DNA of 60,479 nt, filler included, from Jimgerdemannia flammicorona (Eukaryota), in the NCBI GenBank assembly GCA_003990765.1. It is 3 parts of 3 records of this genome, joined end to end, with 100 filler letters (N's around TTAATTAATTAA, not from the genome) between each part and the next. Parts side by side here need not be neighbours in the genome. Positions count along the whole stretch, not along the records: positions 40,388 to 60,479 come from RBNJ01001761.1; 2 more parts are not named here. One strand, written 5' to 3'. This document shows positions 47,464 through 60,479 of the stretch, in pieces. How positions within the stretch are numbered: position 1 is the stretch's first letter; the number at the start of each line of letters is the position of its first letter. A model generated the notes under the pieces. The model ran no database searches and was not told where the DNA came from. It saw only the letters and a list, made by a program, of their open reading frames with translations. A program made the translations under genes and the position numbers.

Positions 47464-48957
47464 TGTGTGGTGGGTACTTGGTTCTTTGGTGCTGATCCCT
47501 GAGGCGGAGTATGGTTCCTTAAATAACGTGGTCTTCATTTTGGCTCGGATCTTCTTGTCTTCTTTTGGGATGATCACCTAATGGGTCAGGCTGTCTATTT
47601 GATTGTCACACCATTATGTTGTCTGATCTTAGCAGTCACCGGTACTCCGTTGTCATTTGCTTACGTCACAATAGGTATATCATATTATCAATATTACTTC
47701 TGATATTATAGTAGGAACCAGAAACCCAGATAAGTAGTGATGATGTATTGTATCTTATTATATTCCACTTTGGTGGACATATTGAGAGAATTACTAATTG
47801 AGTTTTTACAGGAATACTATATCAGATAGAAGTGTAGAGTGGTATTATTTTAGATAGCCACTGAGTTATTATGTAGTATATTGAGAAAATAACTAAAATC
47901 TCAGGACCAAATGACTGACCTGTACTTCCCCTTGCAAGTACTGTTTATGACTAAGTTGACCTCTCATGGAAGAAATATAAAACACCTAACTCAAAGGGCT
48001 TGAATCATTGAATGCTACCATTGTTGTTGAGAATACACATCATTGATGATTTTTGTGATCCCCCTTACATTGCCCTTTCAATCAATTGCACGAGAAAGTA
48101 TCAGAAGCTTCGTTTCCAAATACATGTGAAATAAATATTAAAGAAGCAACAAAAGGCAATGGAGCTATATGAAGTAAAAGGAGAAGTGGGTCCCAGGATC
48201 AAATGGTATGCTTAAGCTATCACTGGAGCATTCAGATTCGTTTGGCGAGCCCAAATTTTGTACTACCAGTCCCAAAACATGGTGAATCCCACAACCGCGT
48301 GTGAGGGCGCTCAAAACCAGTATTGATAAGTTGATGGCTTCCATTATACTTCAGCAATGTCATCAGAATCATATTCTTGGAAATAGTGTCCAACATTTTC
48401 TCTGCTTTTGCCATTGAGGAGAAATAATTTGTTGCCAACAAAGCTCGATTACAGCCCTAAGATATCCCCCGATTTTCTGTTCGATATGTTTATTAGCATA
48501 TTATCTCCCACATTATATCTATCTACCCATGAGACCCACTTGTATCGAGTCTTGCCTGTATTAATAAACGAAATGCAGTATATGTTATCATGGCTTTGAT
48601 AATGGATGGTGGGTTTGAAAACAGACTAAGTCCTTCCTATATCTATTGTCCATCTTCCAGAAGACATTCCTAAATTCATCAAGGTTCATCGCTGCCTTGC
48701 GTAATGCATCGCTCATCACCGATGCTTCCATTCCCTGCTCGCTCGTCTTATGCCTCGTGGTATGCGACGTTACCGACGAATGCATACTTGTCCTGTGCGG
48801 ACATAGGGGCGATGCGCTCGTGTGCATCTCTGTTGCCAATTGGCACGGAATCACTGATCGCTCCATCCGCCCCCTCATCGAAAAGTGCAGAAGCTCAAGG
48901 CTTACATTTTATCAAATGTGAGCCCAAATTATTTCCTAGTGTAGACCCTTTATCTTA

Positions 48958-49618
48958 TATAATAATATTAATAACAATATACATTAATATACAATAATTT
49001 GATAATCCATCACATTATTCTGATTGTGAACGTGTTCATAACTGCCCCTTATCATCGATAAGAGCTTTCCTTCTATAACTTTTTCTCGTCGCACTCAACT
49101 GAATGGGAGTACGGACGACGGGTCATATAAATTGTACAAACACATCAAAGGAAATTGAGTAATAATATTTTCTAGCATTATGTAAAATTTTTAAACAAAC
49201 CATTTCCGTATATAAATGGCGCGCCGAGAACATTGCAGCCATTGAGATAGACTATCTCAGAACGGACCGTTTTACCAACTTTGGACCTCTTCCCAACCAC
49301 ATATTCACTCCTTATTCCACCCCAGCCATCCCTCGCAATCTCCTTCACAAACTTGACTCACTTATATAATGCCTCATACACATCGTCATTATCCGAGATC
49401 TCGAATACTTACATCGCCGACTGTATTCCGCCTTGCTTCCCTTACGACATTGTGACCTGCAAATGAGATAGATATCCGTCGACAGAAAATATACGAGGTT
49501 AGCCTGGACAGTGTGCAGGGCCTGCAAGTCAGACATGTGTGTGATGTGGTTTACCGCAATGTCATGGTTCACTAAAAAGTCTGCTGCTTTGCCATAGCCG
49601 ATCTGTGAAGAGGTTGGC

Positions 49619-49684
<66 letters not shown>

Positions 49685-50960
49685 AAGAGTTATATATCTC
49701 ATTGAGCAGGAGTGTTGGAATAATAACTCTATAGTCCAGTATGTGATCTTATATCATTCTATCAGATTTATATCATTTATTAATAATATAGAGAAATATG
49801 TAACCTATATAACTTCAATAAAATCACCCTCTTTTATAATACTATACAAGTATTTCAGATTTCTATATCTTGAAAACTTGATCTTCTCTAACTCTGCAGA
49901 ATTCTTAGGATACAGAAATAGGTAAGTTCAAAGTATATCTACCTATAAACTTACTAGTCCTCTTGCTTTTTCTTTACTTTAAATTATTTTAATCTGAGGT
50001 TTATTTACTCTAGATACTGGGATATTTATATAAGTTTGCTAGTTATAGAGTGGCTAAGTTATAACTATATTTCCTATAAGTCACTTTTTACAAGTATTGA
50101 ATCTTTTGATATCTGCTAAGATTTCAATAATTATAAGAATTTTGAAATCTGCAGAATCTTAGCAATTGTTAAAGTTTTTATATTTGTAGAATAATTACTT
50201 TTATAGAGCTATATTATATTTGGAAATCAGATTCAGGTACTATAATTAAATATCTATTCTTCTGATTTATATTACTAATTAAGATCAACCATCACAATAA
50301 TAATATTAATAACAATATATATTAATATGTAATTATTAGAAAATCCATCACATTACTCTATTGTGAATATATTCAAAACTGACCCTTATCATTGATAAGA
50401 GCTTTCCTTCTAAAAAAATTTCTCATCGCACTCAACTGAATATAAATTGTACAAATACATCAAAAGAAATTGTGTAATAATATTTTCTAGCAATATGTAC
50501 AAAATTTATAATCAAAACATTTCTGTATTTAAATGGCGCCCCGAGAACATTGCAGCCATTAAGATAGACTATCTCAGAACGGACCGTTATTACAACTTTG
50601 GACCTCTTCTCTACCACATATTCTCTCCTTATTCCACCCCAGCCATCCCACGCAATCTCCTTCACAAACTTGACTCACTTATATAATGCCCCATACACAT
50701 CGTCATTATCCGAGATCTCGATACTTTACATCGCCGACTGTATTCAGCCTTGCTTCCCTTACGACATTGTGACCTGCAAATGAGATAGCTATCCGTCAAC
50801 AGAAAATATACGAGGTTAGCCTGGACAGTATGCAGGGCCTGCAAGTCAGACATGTGTGTGATGGACTTGGTCAAGGCTAACCGCGCCACAACTTTCGACA
50901 GGTGGTTTACCGCAATGTCATGGTTTACTAAAAAGTCTGCTGCTTTGCCATAGCCGATCT
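48958..50960 (+). repeat. Local direct duplication (about 48958-49605 and 50297-50960), each copy followed by a T-rich tract
   Basis: Colinear, for example AAATGGCGC.CCGAGAACATTGCAGCC at ~49215 and ~50531, and GCCATAGCCGATCT at ~49591 and ~50947. The second copy has about 40 extra bp near 50862-50901. Confidence 0.85.
49742..50296 (-). repeat. Decayed solo LTR related to families A/C
   Basis: TGTGAT…ATCACA ends. Contains ATCTGAGGTTTATTTACTCTAGATACTGGGATATTTATATAAGTTTGCTAG, the reverse complement of the LTR promoter core. The TSD is not preserved. Confidence 0.7.
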
Positions 50961-53900
50961 TTGGCTTTTTTTTTTTTTTTTTTTGGTTTTTGTTTTTTTT
51001 GTTTTTTGTTTTTTGTTTTTTGTTTTTTGTTTTTTGTTTTTTGTTTGTCAAGTGGAAGAGGGGAGTGGGGAGAGAAAATTGTCAGAGAGTGACATTAGGA
51101 TCTATTTTCTCAAATTTGAACAATCGCAACGCATCATAATCGGCCTTGACGGCCATGTCAAGGCGCATCACACAGACGATTCCATTCCCCATTCTACGTA
51201 CCATCCTCGTTACAGATCATGTACGGCATCTCGCAACAGCGTCAACTGTCATGGTCCTGATTATCCATGAGGATATCGAAGTTACAATTATTAGGATATG
51301 CCAGAAATACTTCTAAATGATTCTGTTTCGATGAAGTAAACCTCACACATAATTCTTTCTCATCACTTCCCACATCCCCTCATCTACGCTCGCCGCCCTC
51401 CCTCCCCAGCACAATCGCTAATGAAGGCACCACGTCTTCACGTTACTCTGTAACGACGAGACAGGTTGCGCGTCGATGCCATCCACATCGTCAGTAAGGC
51501 TGAAGCGTAGGGTAACGTCGAGGGGCATATACTCGTCTGGTTTTATGTCGGCGATGAACTACACCTCAAGATAGGGAGACAGTAGTAAAGTAATGCGTCG
51601 ATCGCGTGCGCAATGGTGGTGGGAGAGGTGGGAAGATAACGCCCATCCAAATATTAACCCGCGTTCTTTTCTCGCTCACATTTCCTACTATAAAATCACC
51701 CTCCATCCTTTTCCATGTCCATTTTACATACGGAATTTCCGTCTCCTGGCTGCTGACCGACGAATTACCGTTGGGCGACCTGCCGCTGGACGACGATTTA
51801 CCACTTGAGGGCGATTTTCGTGAGCGACAACTTGCGACTGGAGGAGGAATGATGAGGGATAATCAACCTGCGAATTTACTCTCGAAGTCTTACTGCTGAG
51901 CTACGACGGTGGCAATCAGCCTCGCTGGGAATGGCGAATAGCGACGATTTAACGCAATAATTTTCCTGCTGTCCTATGACGAGTTGCAGCTGAGCGACGA
52001 TTGCTAATGTAAGTGACGCTTTGTCGTATGCGACGATTGACCTCTTTGTGGGTGGCCAATAGTCGCCAGAGGGTAATTAGCTGTGAGGGACGATCGTCGG
52101 CTGAGTGAAGACTAAGAGTGACAATCTGCCGGTGTGCGCCAGACGAATATTGCAGGCGAGTGGCAACTTGGTAGAGTGGCTGAGTATTGTCGTGGGTAGC
52201 ATTTGACGTTGGGACATATTTGTCTGTTTTCTATAATAAACCAAGCATCACGTGGTCATTATCCACATTCACGAATTTTAAGTCAAGCCCAATACTATTT
52301 GTGTTGGGAAAACCCGATAAAAATTTTGGCCGACACTATTATATATTAATATTATCACTATATTCTTGTTATATTATTAATATTATTTGTTATTTTATTT
52401 TAATTTTATTGTATTGTTTCTATTATTAACTAAATATAATTTTATTATTAGAAAACCAGCTGTATCTTTAAGTGCCCGCCGCCCTATCCCTCCCCGGCAC
52501 TCTTTCGCCCCTGGTGACCTGATAACCCGGTGACCTGGAATCGCCCCTGGTAACCTGGTATCCTGGAAGCCATAAGACTGGAGCAACAGCAATCTGTGCC
52601 AATACGGAAAATTGCATCGGATGTTCGGACCTAGTCATTATGGTGGGGCCGAGAAAAAAATTATACAATGTGGTGGTTTAGTGTCAGATTAAAAATTTCC
52701 ACCAAGTGTGCGACTGCCCATTGGATGGAGCGCCGTGATGACGACGATAATGGCGAATGGCTCGTGGGCCTCGACGGTTCGATGATGACGCCTCCTCTGG
52801 TGACATCACCGTCTTGACATCTGTTTCATAGTAGCCGCGTTGAAATAATATAATACAAATTCACAAACTGCTTGATACAATCCTGCGCGGTTGAAATTCA
52901 AATTAATTCGACGGCCAACACCATCAAATGCGGCGGTGATATACTTAATCAATGAATTCCAACGCGTTATAATATTCCATCACGTTACAAACCTCAGCGC
53001 GTATGACCACATGTGACTTTGATTACTAGAAAGTATTCGCTTATAAAAGCTTTTCATTCACAGCACTCATACACATTCCTAAACCGTTCAATATCCATTT
53101 CGTGACCCATCAAGTTGCATGCATTTGTGATCATCGCGTTCGACTTCATCTTGAGAACAAGTAAATACCATTTATTTGTTAAAACACTTTGAACCATTTC
53201 ATCCCGTGTTTACCACATACGGTTCCACCAATATGTAAATGTAGACGGAAACAGAAACGTTACAGATCCAATGGGGATTTGGTCGGGCAACGGAATTCGA
53301 CCTGAATTTCGGGATCAGTAAGAGTTCTGGACGAAGAACATTCGGTTATGTAGGACTCCGTTGGTAGGCGGAGTACGCGTAGGCGAAATACGTTGACCCC
53401 GGGACAGAAATCCGAAATCCGAAATCGGGCGAAGAACGTAATAATGAAAAGGGACCTAAATCGGAATCTTGAAAAGAACTCAGATGAAGGACATAGCAAT
53501 GAAAAAGGGGCCTTGAACGGAAATCGTAACAGACATGGATTGGGTGAGCAGGGAGGTAGAAACAAGCTTGTCACGGGAATATATTGCAAAGTGGCGATGC
53601 AGTCTAGTGGGATTTACAACTCGATAAATGGTATACGTCATTATTGTGGCTTATGTATACATATGTCATCAATATCTACGCCACTAGAAATCATTCGTAA
53701 CACGTTGTTTTCAAGATTGCCGCTCTTTGTGAAATACCAAATATTCAGAATTTATTGCTCAAGATTACCATCCAGGGTGAACAGAGGTAAAGGCAAAGAC
53801 AGGCGAAGAGGCAGAGGGAAGGTGTTGTGTGCTCTTCAGAATTCTGCAATATTTAGATTTAAACTACTTGGGTATCAATATAAATTTCTACTAAAAATGA

Positions 53901-56900
53901 GGCTAGGTTATGAGTGCAGTATAACAGAAAATCAAAATTTAAACAGCATTGAATATATGGTATCCAAATATATAACTCTGGGAAAATAAGGTGAAATAAA
54001 TAGTATAGAATAAAAATAAATAAATAAATTTCAATAAAATAATATTAAAATTATGTAGATTTAATTATTTAGTTAATATAATTATAATACTATACTTATA
54101 TAATTTACTAAATATTTAATTATTATATTTTTTTTAATATAGCAATAAATATCTAATTCTGATATCTATAAAATAGATTTTAATATTCAATATAATAGAT
54201 AGTAATAATGTTACTCTTATCAACTAATAAAATTATCAATTTGAGTAATATCATTATTGCCAACAATAGAAATTGATAGTGGCTACCTATTCTCATTTTA
54301 TTTTTTCTCTATATAAAAGTAAATAACTCAAACTCAATATTCTAGTATTTAATTTAAATTAAAAAAATAAAAACTAATCTTTAAATGAAAGGAAGAGTCA
54401 ATTTTTGGAATATATAATATCTTTCTAAAGTTATAGGATTTTAAAATTTTTTGTTATAGGTGTCCGTCAGCGCCACTGGGTTGGTGACGACACCTAATCC
54501 CAAACAAGCAATGCCAGTGTCGATCGGCCGCGCGAAAATTCGAAAAATGTCAGATCTCCATAATGAGAGCAGCAATTCAAATGCGACTTGTGCAAGCTCA
54601 TTCTTGACTTTTATTAATGAGCTTCTAACCACATTTCACTGCAGATTATTATGTAGAAAGGGATGTAGATTGACAAGAAAGATTTTTTAGGTCGCTTTAT
54701 TGTTCCAATTTGGAAGTTTACGTCACCGGGTGGCTTATGTTATTCTGCTCATCCTCGATCGACCTGATGTTTTACAGTAAGGAGGCTCTACGTACGAGCC
54801 TCAACCAGCTCCATACAATTAAAATGGTCGAAGTAAGGCAGCTCAAATTGATGCAAGAAATCAATGAGTTACACAAAAATGCAATTTGTCTTCGAGGTCC
54901 ATTTGATTCTGACTCTAAATTGCGTCAAGACATAATTAAATTATAAATGCAATTAATTATATGTGGGAGAACTCATTACATGAAAAGGCCGACCGATTTT
55001 CGGGTGGGACTTTTGAACGGAAAGGCATCGCTCGTATCTTGACATCACACCGATCGACCTGGCGAATGAAGCAACCAAATCCAAACAAACTTGTTCCTCG
55101 CAGTGGCGGCCACATTCTTCAAGACTTCTATAGTACCATGGCTGAATTCCGGACAGAAAAAAAATGGCACGACTTGGAACCACAAAATTTATCGGATTGA
55201 TGCTAAACTGTCGAAGCAACCAAAAGGCAAAGGCAGCGTCTGGCGCCATTTCCCAAAACATGGCATCCAGAACGTAGAAGAGTTCGATGATGCGCTAATT
55301 CGTATCGACACCGAGCTGTTCTGCCAATAATCGGTGTCGTTTTAATATCATTTCTACAGGCTGAAATAGGGTCCGTTCCGAGCTACTTTCCCGCTTACAC
55401 GGGTATTGCGATGGATTTGGCGAAAATGATGGGATGGACAGAATGTGACAAAAGGGTGCATGGGGTTATGTTATGCCACAAAATAAAGTCTGATATCTGG
55501 TACACAATACCACAGCGGTTTTTTTTTTTTTTTTTTTAATCTAATCAACATACTGTTGAACCACACTAACATAATAATAGCCGCATCTTTTTAAAAAGTA
55601 AATGGACGTTTTTCTTATGAAGCCTCCTCACACATTTGTAGCTCATTTAAGCTCTGTTGACTGCAAATAAGACTGATGTGCAATCGCTTTGAGAAGATGG
55701 CTTGGAACATTGGTCTATATACAAATTCCGATGCATAAAAAGTATTAAGCAATTCCACCTATTGTACGATACATCCATTTCTGACCATACAAATTGTTGG
55801 CTGAAATTATCTATTGTCCAATATCAAACACATATACTGTAATTATGTCAAAGGCACCTTTATATTTATATTTCATACAATTATGGGAATTAGCCATTCA
55901 AGCAAGTGTATCTCACACATACACAAAAACCCTGTTTATTCATCAACCAACCAATCTACTCGCTCAAAGATATGTACACTCATTTCAACGTTCCAAACTG
56001 CCATCAAAGATCCACTTGATCTGGCCTTCACAGGCGCATATAACGTTTCGTGAGTCAATTCAGTGTGGCTTAATGGCTGCTACAGACGCTGCTACAGACG
56101 TTGTTGCAAAGAACTTGATCACCCAGTCGACAGCCGTGCTGACGATTCTGCTCGCCGAGATTCGCAAATGAGAAAATAAAAACTCACACATGCAAGAAAA
56201 TCACCTCTTATTCCACCACCTCCTCAGGGAAACAATACCACCCCAATTAATTTATAACCCACCATCAATTGTCCATCCCCATTCACAGTTCGAATAGCTT
56301 TCAGTGCTTCATTTCCGCCTCCCAATCTGCTTCACAGTTGTTGGTCCACAGGACGTGGTTGATAGAGTCTACGATCTGTAGCACGGCAGGGAAGAGGGAT
56401 AATATAGATTATGACAGAGTTTCAGGAAGAAGCAGGTATGGTCGTCGGGAAGGAGGGGAATAATAAGAGAGTCCCGCAAGAAGCGAGGGTCGCACCGCCT
56501 ACCCTAACCACACATACCACAACACGTCTACAAACCCTCAACTCCCGAACTCGGCGAAACTCACTTCGCTCTCCTAGTACGTGACGACAGTGTTGTCAGT
56601 GGCAGGGATGTTGAGCGCCTCCATCAGGCCGATAACGGTGCCGTTGCGGTAGTCGACCGACCTCGTGAATGTTCTTTCGCATGCATGATTGAATGGCTAT
56701 GGATAAGAATATAATAGTCATGAGGTTGTATTCCGCTATCTCACCCAACACACAACAAAACCAATATATGCCACACAATACATACCACTTCAATCTCCCG
56801 TTTCTCGTTTGCCCTCCCTCCCTCCACCTCCACTCCCTCTCCTTCCCTCTCTCCCTTGCCGGTTCGCTCACGAGGTTCTGGTTTCCACAAAATGTTCTTC

Positions 56901-57916
56901 CGGGACTAAAAAACTGGACACCCATGTCGCCGACGCAACCATTCCTCCCTCTCCCCTCCTGTCCAACTCCTTCTGTAGTTCAAGCGAGTCGTCATCGAAC
57001 GGGAGCTTGCTGCGGCGCGAGGTCGCTGGCGCGCCTGAGGTCGAATGTCCGTACGGATCACTCCAGGCTGTATGCTGGGGAAGGAAAGGTGTTGCGAGAT
57101 GCGGGCAGGTGTGTGGGAGGAGGCGTCTTGATGCGGGACCGGAACGGTTGTGCTACTTGGAGCTATTGGCGCGTCGGACGAAAGCACAACTCGGACAGAA
57201 GAATCGTGGTGAGAGCAGGGCGGGTGAGGCAAAGGTAAGGGTCTGTGTCCGTGTCCACGTCCGTGCCTTCGAGAAGGCGGTCTAGGCTTGCGAACATGGG
57301 ACGGCCTGTGGTTGCACTGCAGGGCGACGGGATGTGCTGAGAGAGAGATCGTTGTGATCAGAGTCTTGCGAGGGAGAGGGGTCCAAGGAGTCGTCGTTGT
57401 CGAGTTTGAGGTCGATGGTTGAGACGGTCTGAGGTCAGGGTTAACGGAAATGAGAAGGTGCCATGCAGGGTTTTACAAGCCCCTTTAATATTTCCAATAA
57501 TTCCTAGCTGATGCGTTTGCTGTCAGCATTACGATCCCGAAAGAGATGGGTGGATTGTGGCGTGGCGAGCGGGTCATGCGATGCGGGTTTGTGACGGTGA
57601 CGAGCAATCCTGTTTGGGGGCGTGGGAAGGTGAATGGTGAGGCAAGTGGAGGCGCAAAGGAGAATGAGGAGGCAAATGGAGGCGCAAATGAGAATGAGGA
57701 GGCAAGTGGAGAAGAGGGACGTTTGGCACTTGTGCGAGCAAGGATGGGTCAAGGTGTGGAGACTATAACGACATGACCGCACCTATGGTGATCGTCACAA
57801 ATGTAAGGTCGATTTTTAACTAAATTCACCTGACTTTCTCAGCCACGAGACTGCGAGCCATTTATGTGGCCACAACCCCATTTACCCACTGACAGTCCAT
57901 TCTTCAAAGAACAACC

Positions 57917-59271
57917 ATGTCCGCCCAAACCCGCCAACAGTCCTTACAGGGCTTACTTGCCCGACTCAAGCCCTTCGAACACCTGCATAGAGCCCACCAA
58001 ATTGACATCTTGGCTTGGAAGAACCAATATTCCGTTTACAACCAAGAACTCCGTGCCTGTCTTAACACCTTGGCCGTGCCGCAGCTGGAGCCATACCTTG
58101 TCTGGATTCCGATCGGAGACTTCCAGTTAAAACAGGTTGCCGAAGGCGGATTTGCCAAAGTTTACCAAGCACATGTTTTATTGAAACGAGGAGGGTTTCA
58201 GGTGGCTGCCAAAGAATTGAAATTGACAATGGTTCAAGAGGTGAGTTTCGGTTGGTGTGATATATCCAATATTTTCCACACAATATAAATTGTCAATATC
58301 CTTGCTATATTTTTATCTCACCAATACAGTTAGTGCTGAGTGTCTATTTGAGCCGCTGTGGAAATGACATCAGCAATGCCCCTACAATGGATATTGTTGC
58401 TGTATCACGACATCCTGATACCAACGAGTATCTAATGATTATGCAATTTGCTGATATCGGTACTCTTGAGAAGCAGCCGTGCGAACAAGATGGTGATTGG
58501 TATACAGCTTTCGCATATGCCATAAAACTTACCAGCCGCTTAGCCAGTCTCCATGATATGGGATTCAACCATAAGGATCTTCACCCGGGAAACGTAGTAT
58601 TCCACACGTCGCATACTGCACTCCTGATCGATGTCGGCCTTAGTCAAGCTGTAGAAGATGCAAATTCCGTGAAAGGTGTCTATGGTCGAATGGCATACTT
58701 CCCTCCGGAGATCTTTAAGGGTGAAGATTATACACAGAAATCAGATGTCTACTGCTTGGGAACTCTGTTGTGGCAGTTGATTGTTGGCGTCCCACCACAA
58801 GGCAACGCATCGGTGGCTGTCACCAGCAATCCTGATGGGCTTCGAGAGGAGTTGATCCATGGTGCACCAAAAACGTTCAACGATATCATTAAGAGCTGCT
58901 GGCACATTGACCCTAACCAGCGACCTAGTGCTCTTGAAGTCTACAATCAATTGTTGGAATGCACAGCTGGTTTTGTCAGCATTCCATTTGTCATGCAACC
59001 AACTATAGAAGATAAAATATTAGGAGAGCTTGCTATTACTTCTATGTCATTTTCACTTGAGATGCAGTCGTTCATCAAGACAAGACGGGCCATTTATCAG
59101 CAAGAGTTGAAATTTGCAAACAGCAGCAAAGTCTTTGAATTCGTGGATGGAACTAGTATATACAACACTAGGAGTAGATTTTATACATATTTACAACTCA
59201 AACAATTTACCAAAGAGTACTTGAGATTGACATCTGCCACTCTTATACAACAACCAAATCAATGTAGGTAG
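57917..59271 (+). CDS. Protein kinase (TKL-like); exons 57917-58240 and 58330-~59265, probably spliced to downstream LRR exons
   Basis: WIPIGDFQLKQVAEGGFAKVY, VAAKEL, HKDLHPGNVV, IDVGLS, YGRMAYFPPE, KSDVYCLG and CWHIDPNQRPS. GT-AG intron 58241-58329 is in phase 0. Confidence 0.85.
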
Positions 59272-59455
59272 TATTACAGATTATAGAGTCATTTTGTATA
59301 TATATAATATTTACTAATTAGTAGATTTTTGTATTTTGACTTATGAATAGTTTGTGGTAGTATTAGAGGTAATGTTGGTGGATCTTTATAGTATTAACAT
59401 ATAATGGTTAACTGTTGATTTATATATTTAACACTCAATTTGAATTTATATATAG

Positions 59456-60408
59456 AAAGCAGGATCAGTGATAAGGAGGCTAATATTCTAGTGGAGCTTC
59501 TGAAGCAAAACATAACTTTGAATAAGTTAAATCTCTCTGGTATGACTGTGTGAAATATTTTTTACAGAAAAGAAATATATACTCTATGCATATATACTTA
59601 TATCTGCTTATATTCAGAAAAGTACAAGTACACAAGTGACAAAGCAAGGTGCACTCTAATCGAATTTCTGAAGCAGTACACAAACGTGACGAAGCTCGAT
59701 CTCAGCAGTGAGTTAGAATTCTCTGAATTACCGTTTTGTAGTGGTGGGATATAAGTAAGCCGTGATAGAGATGTGCTCACATCCCTTCATTATATTCAGA
59801 AAACGGAATCGGCATTCTGTTGACCCGCGCCATTGCCGAGCTTCTAAGGCAGAACACAACTTTGACCACCGTCAATTTTCAAAGTATGTTAGAAATGTGT
59901 GAAGCATTGTGTGCAGCTGCGTGATAAAATGAAACTCGATCTGTGCGTGTTCGCTCATCCCCTGTTCATTTTAAAGTGAATAATATTGGCCACGAGGGGG
60001 CACGCGCTCTCGCCGAGTCATTGAAGCAGAACACGACCTTGACCGAGCTCAATCTCGGAGGTATGTCAGAACTGTGTGAAGCATTGTGAGCAACTGCATG
60101 ATGGAATGGCTGTGTGTGTTCGCTCAATCCCTGTTAATTTTAAAGATAATAGAATTGGTCACGAGGGAGTATGCGCTCTAGCCGAGTCTTTGAAGCAGAA
60201 CACGACCTTGACAGAGCTGAATCTCTCCTGTATGTCAGAACTGCATAAAGCATTGTGTGCAGCTGCGTGGTAGAATGACGCTCACGATCTGTACCTATTT
60301 GCTCATCCCTGTCCATTTTAAAAGATAATAACATTGACCATGAGGGGGCACGTGCTCTAGCTGAATCTCTGGAGCAGAACACGACCTTGACCAAGCTGAA
60401 TCTCCTTG
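59456..60408 (+). CDS. RNI/NLRC3-type leucine-rich repeat exons (59456-59539, 59618-59707, 59800-59883, 59977-60060, 60146-60229, 60325-60408); likely continues past the window
   Basis: Phase-1 exons of 84 nt (one of 90 nt), each encoding one 28-aa repeat such as NNIGHEGARALAESLKQNTTLTELNL, flanked by AG/GT. The later introns are themselves repeated. Confidence 0.88.
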
Positions 60409-60479
60409 GTATGTCAGAACTGTGTAAAGCATTGTGGCAGATGCACGATGGAATGAAGTTCACGATCTGTACCTGTTTG

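Larger units (their letters stand above)
45266..47670 (-). mobile_element. 2.4-kb solo LTR (family C) carrying a nearly intact accessory gene
   Basis: TGTGAC…GTCACA termini with a perfect ATAG/ATAG 4-bp TSD. 45950-46003 matches the family A LTR TATA/polyA core (CTAGCAAACTTGTATAAATAACCC…GTGAATAAACCTCAG). CpG-rich and sharply bounded within AT-rich relic DNA. Confidence 0.88.

Noticed and set aside
51400..52200. GCGACGA-rich stretch with possible minus-strand exons
   Set aside because: May be a gene remnant, but no domain or coherent ORF could be supported.
52490..52570. Clustered GGT(G/A)ACC(T/C)G repeats resembling transposon subterminal motifs
   Set aside because: No partner end or TSD was found in the window.
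54710..55330. Overlapping short ORFs, one with KGSVWRHF (BED-finger-like start)
   Set aside because: The required Cys residues and any transposase sequence are absent.
56500..57780. GC-rich region with several 90-180 aa ORFs on both strands
   Set aside because: No recognisable protein motif or clear coding strand; possibly a pseudogene or the kinase upstream region.

Overview
Eukaryotic, almost certainly fungal, genomic DNA with short GT-AG introns. The TRP-like channel and kinase-LRR gene styles suggest an early-diverging Mucoromycota/Glomeromycota-type genome (inference). The window is three contigs joined by artificial N44-TTAATTAATTAA-N44 spacers (20095-20194, 40288-40387). Much of it is nested transposons with heavy C>T/G>A decay: an old chromodomain Ty3/Gypsy relic; a dUTPase-carrying Ty3/Gypsy lineage (family A: one full-length and one truncated copy; family B: one solo LTR and one truncated copy; family C: one 2.4-kb solo LTR); L1/Tx1-like LINEs; and hAT-type MITEs. 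Host genes are a TRP-like channel (5' part lost in a gap), a PDI-family protein ending in RDEL, and a kinase followed by tandem 84-nt LRR exons. The most unusual feature is the Gypsy lineage. It has 4-bp TSDs and a Gag-PR-Cys/His motif-dUTPase-RT-RH ORF. Integrase is a separate +1-frame ORF coupled by an ATGAATAA start/stop overlap. A homologous accessory gene of unknown function follows integrase in family A but lies inside the LTR U3 in families B and C, so their solo LTRs leave a gene behind. All alignments were made by eye and no database searches were run.
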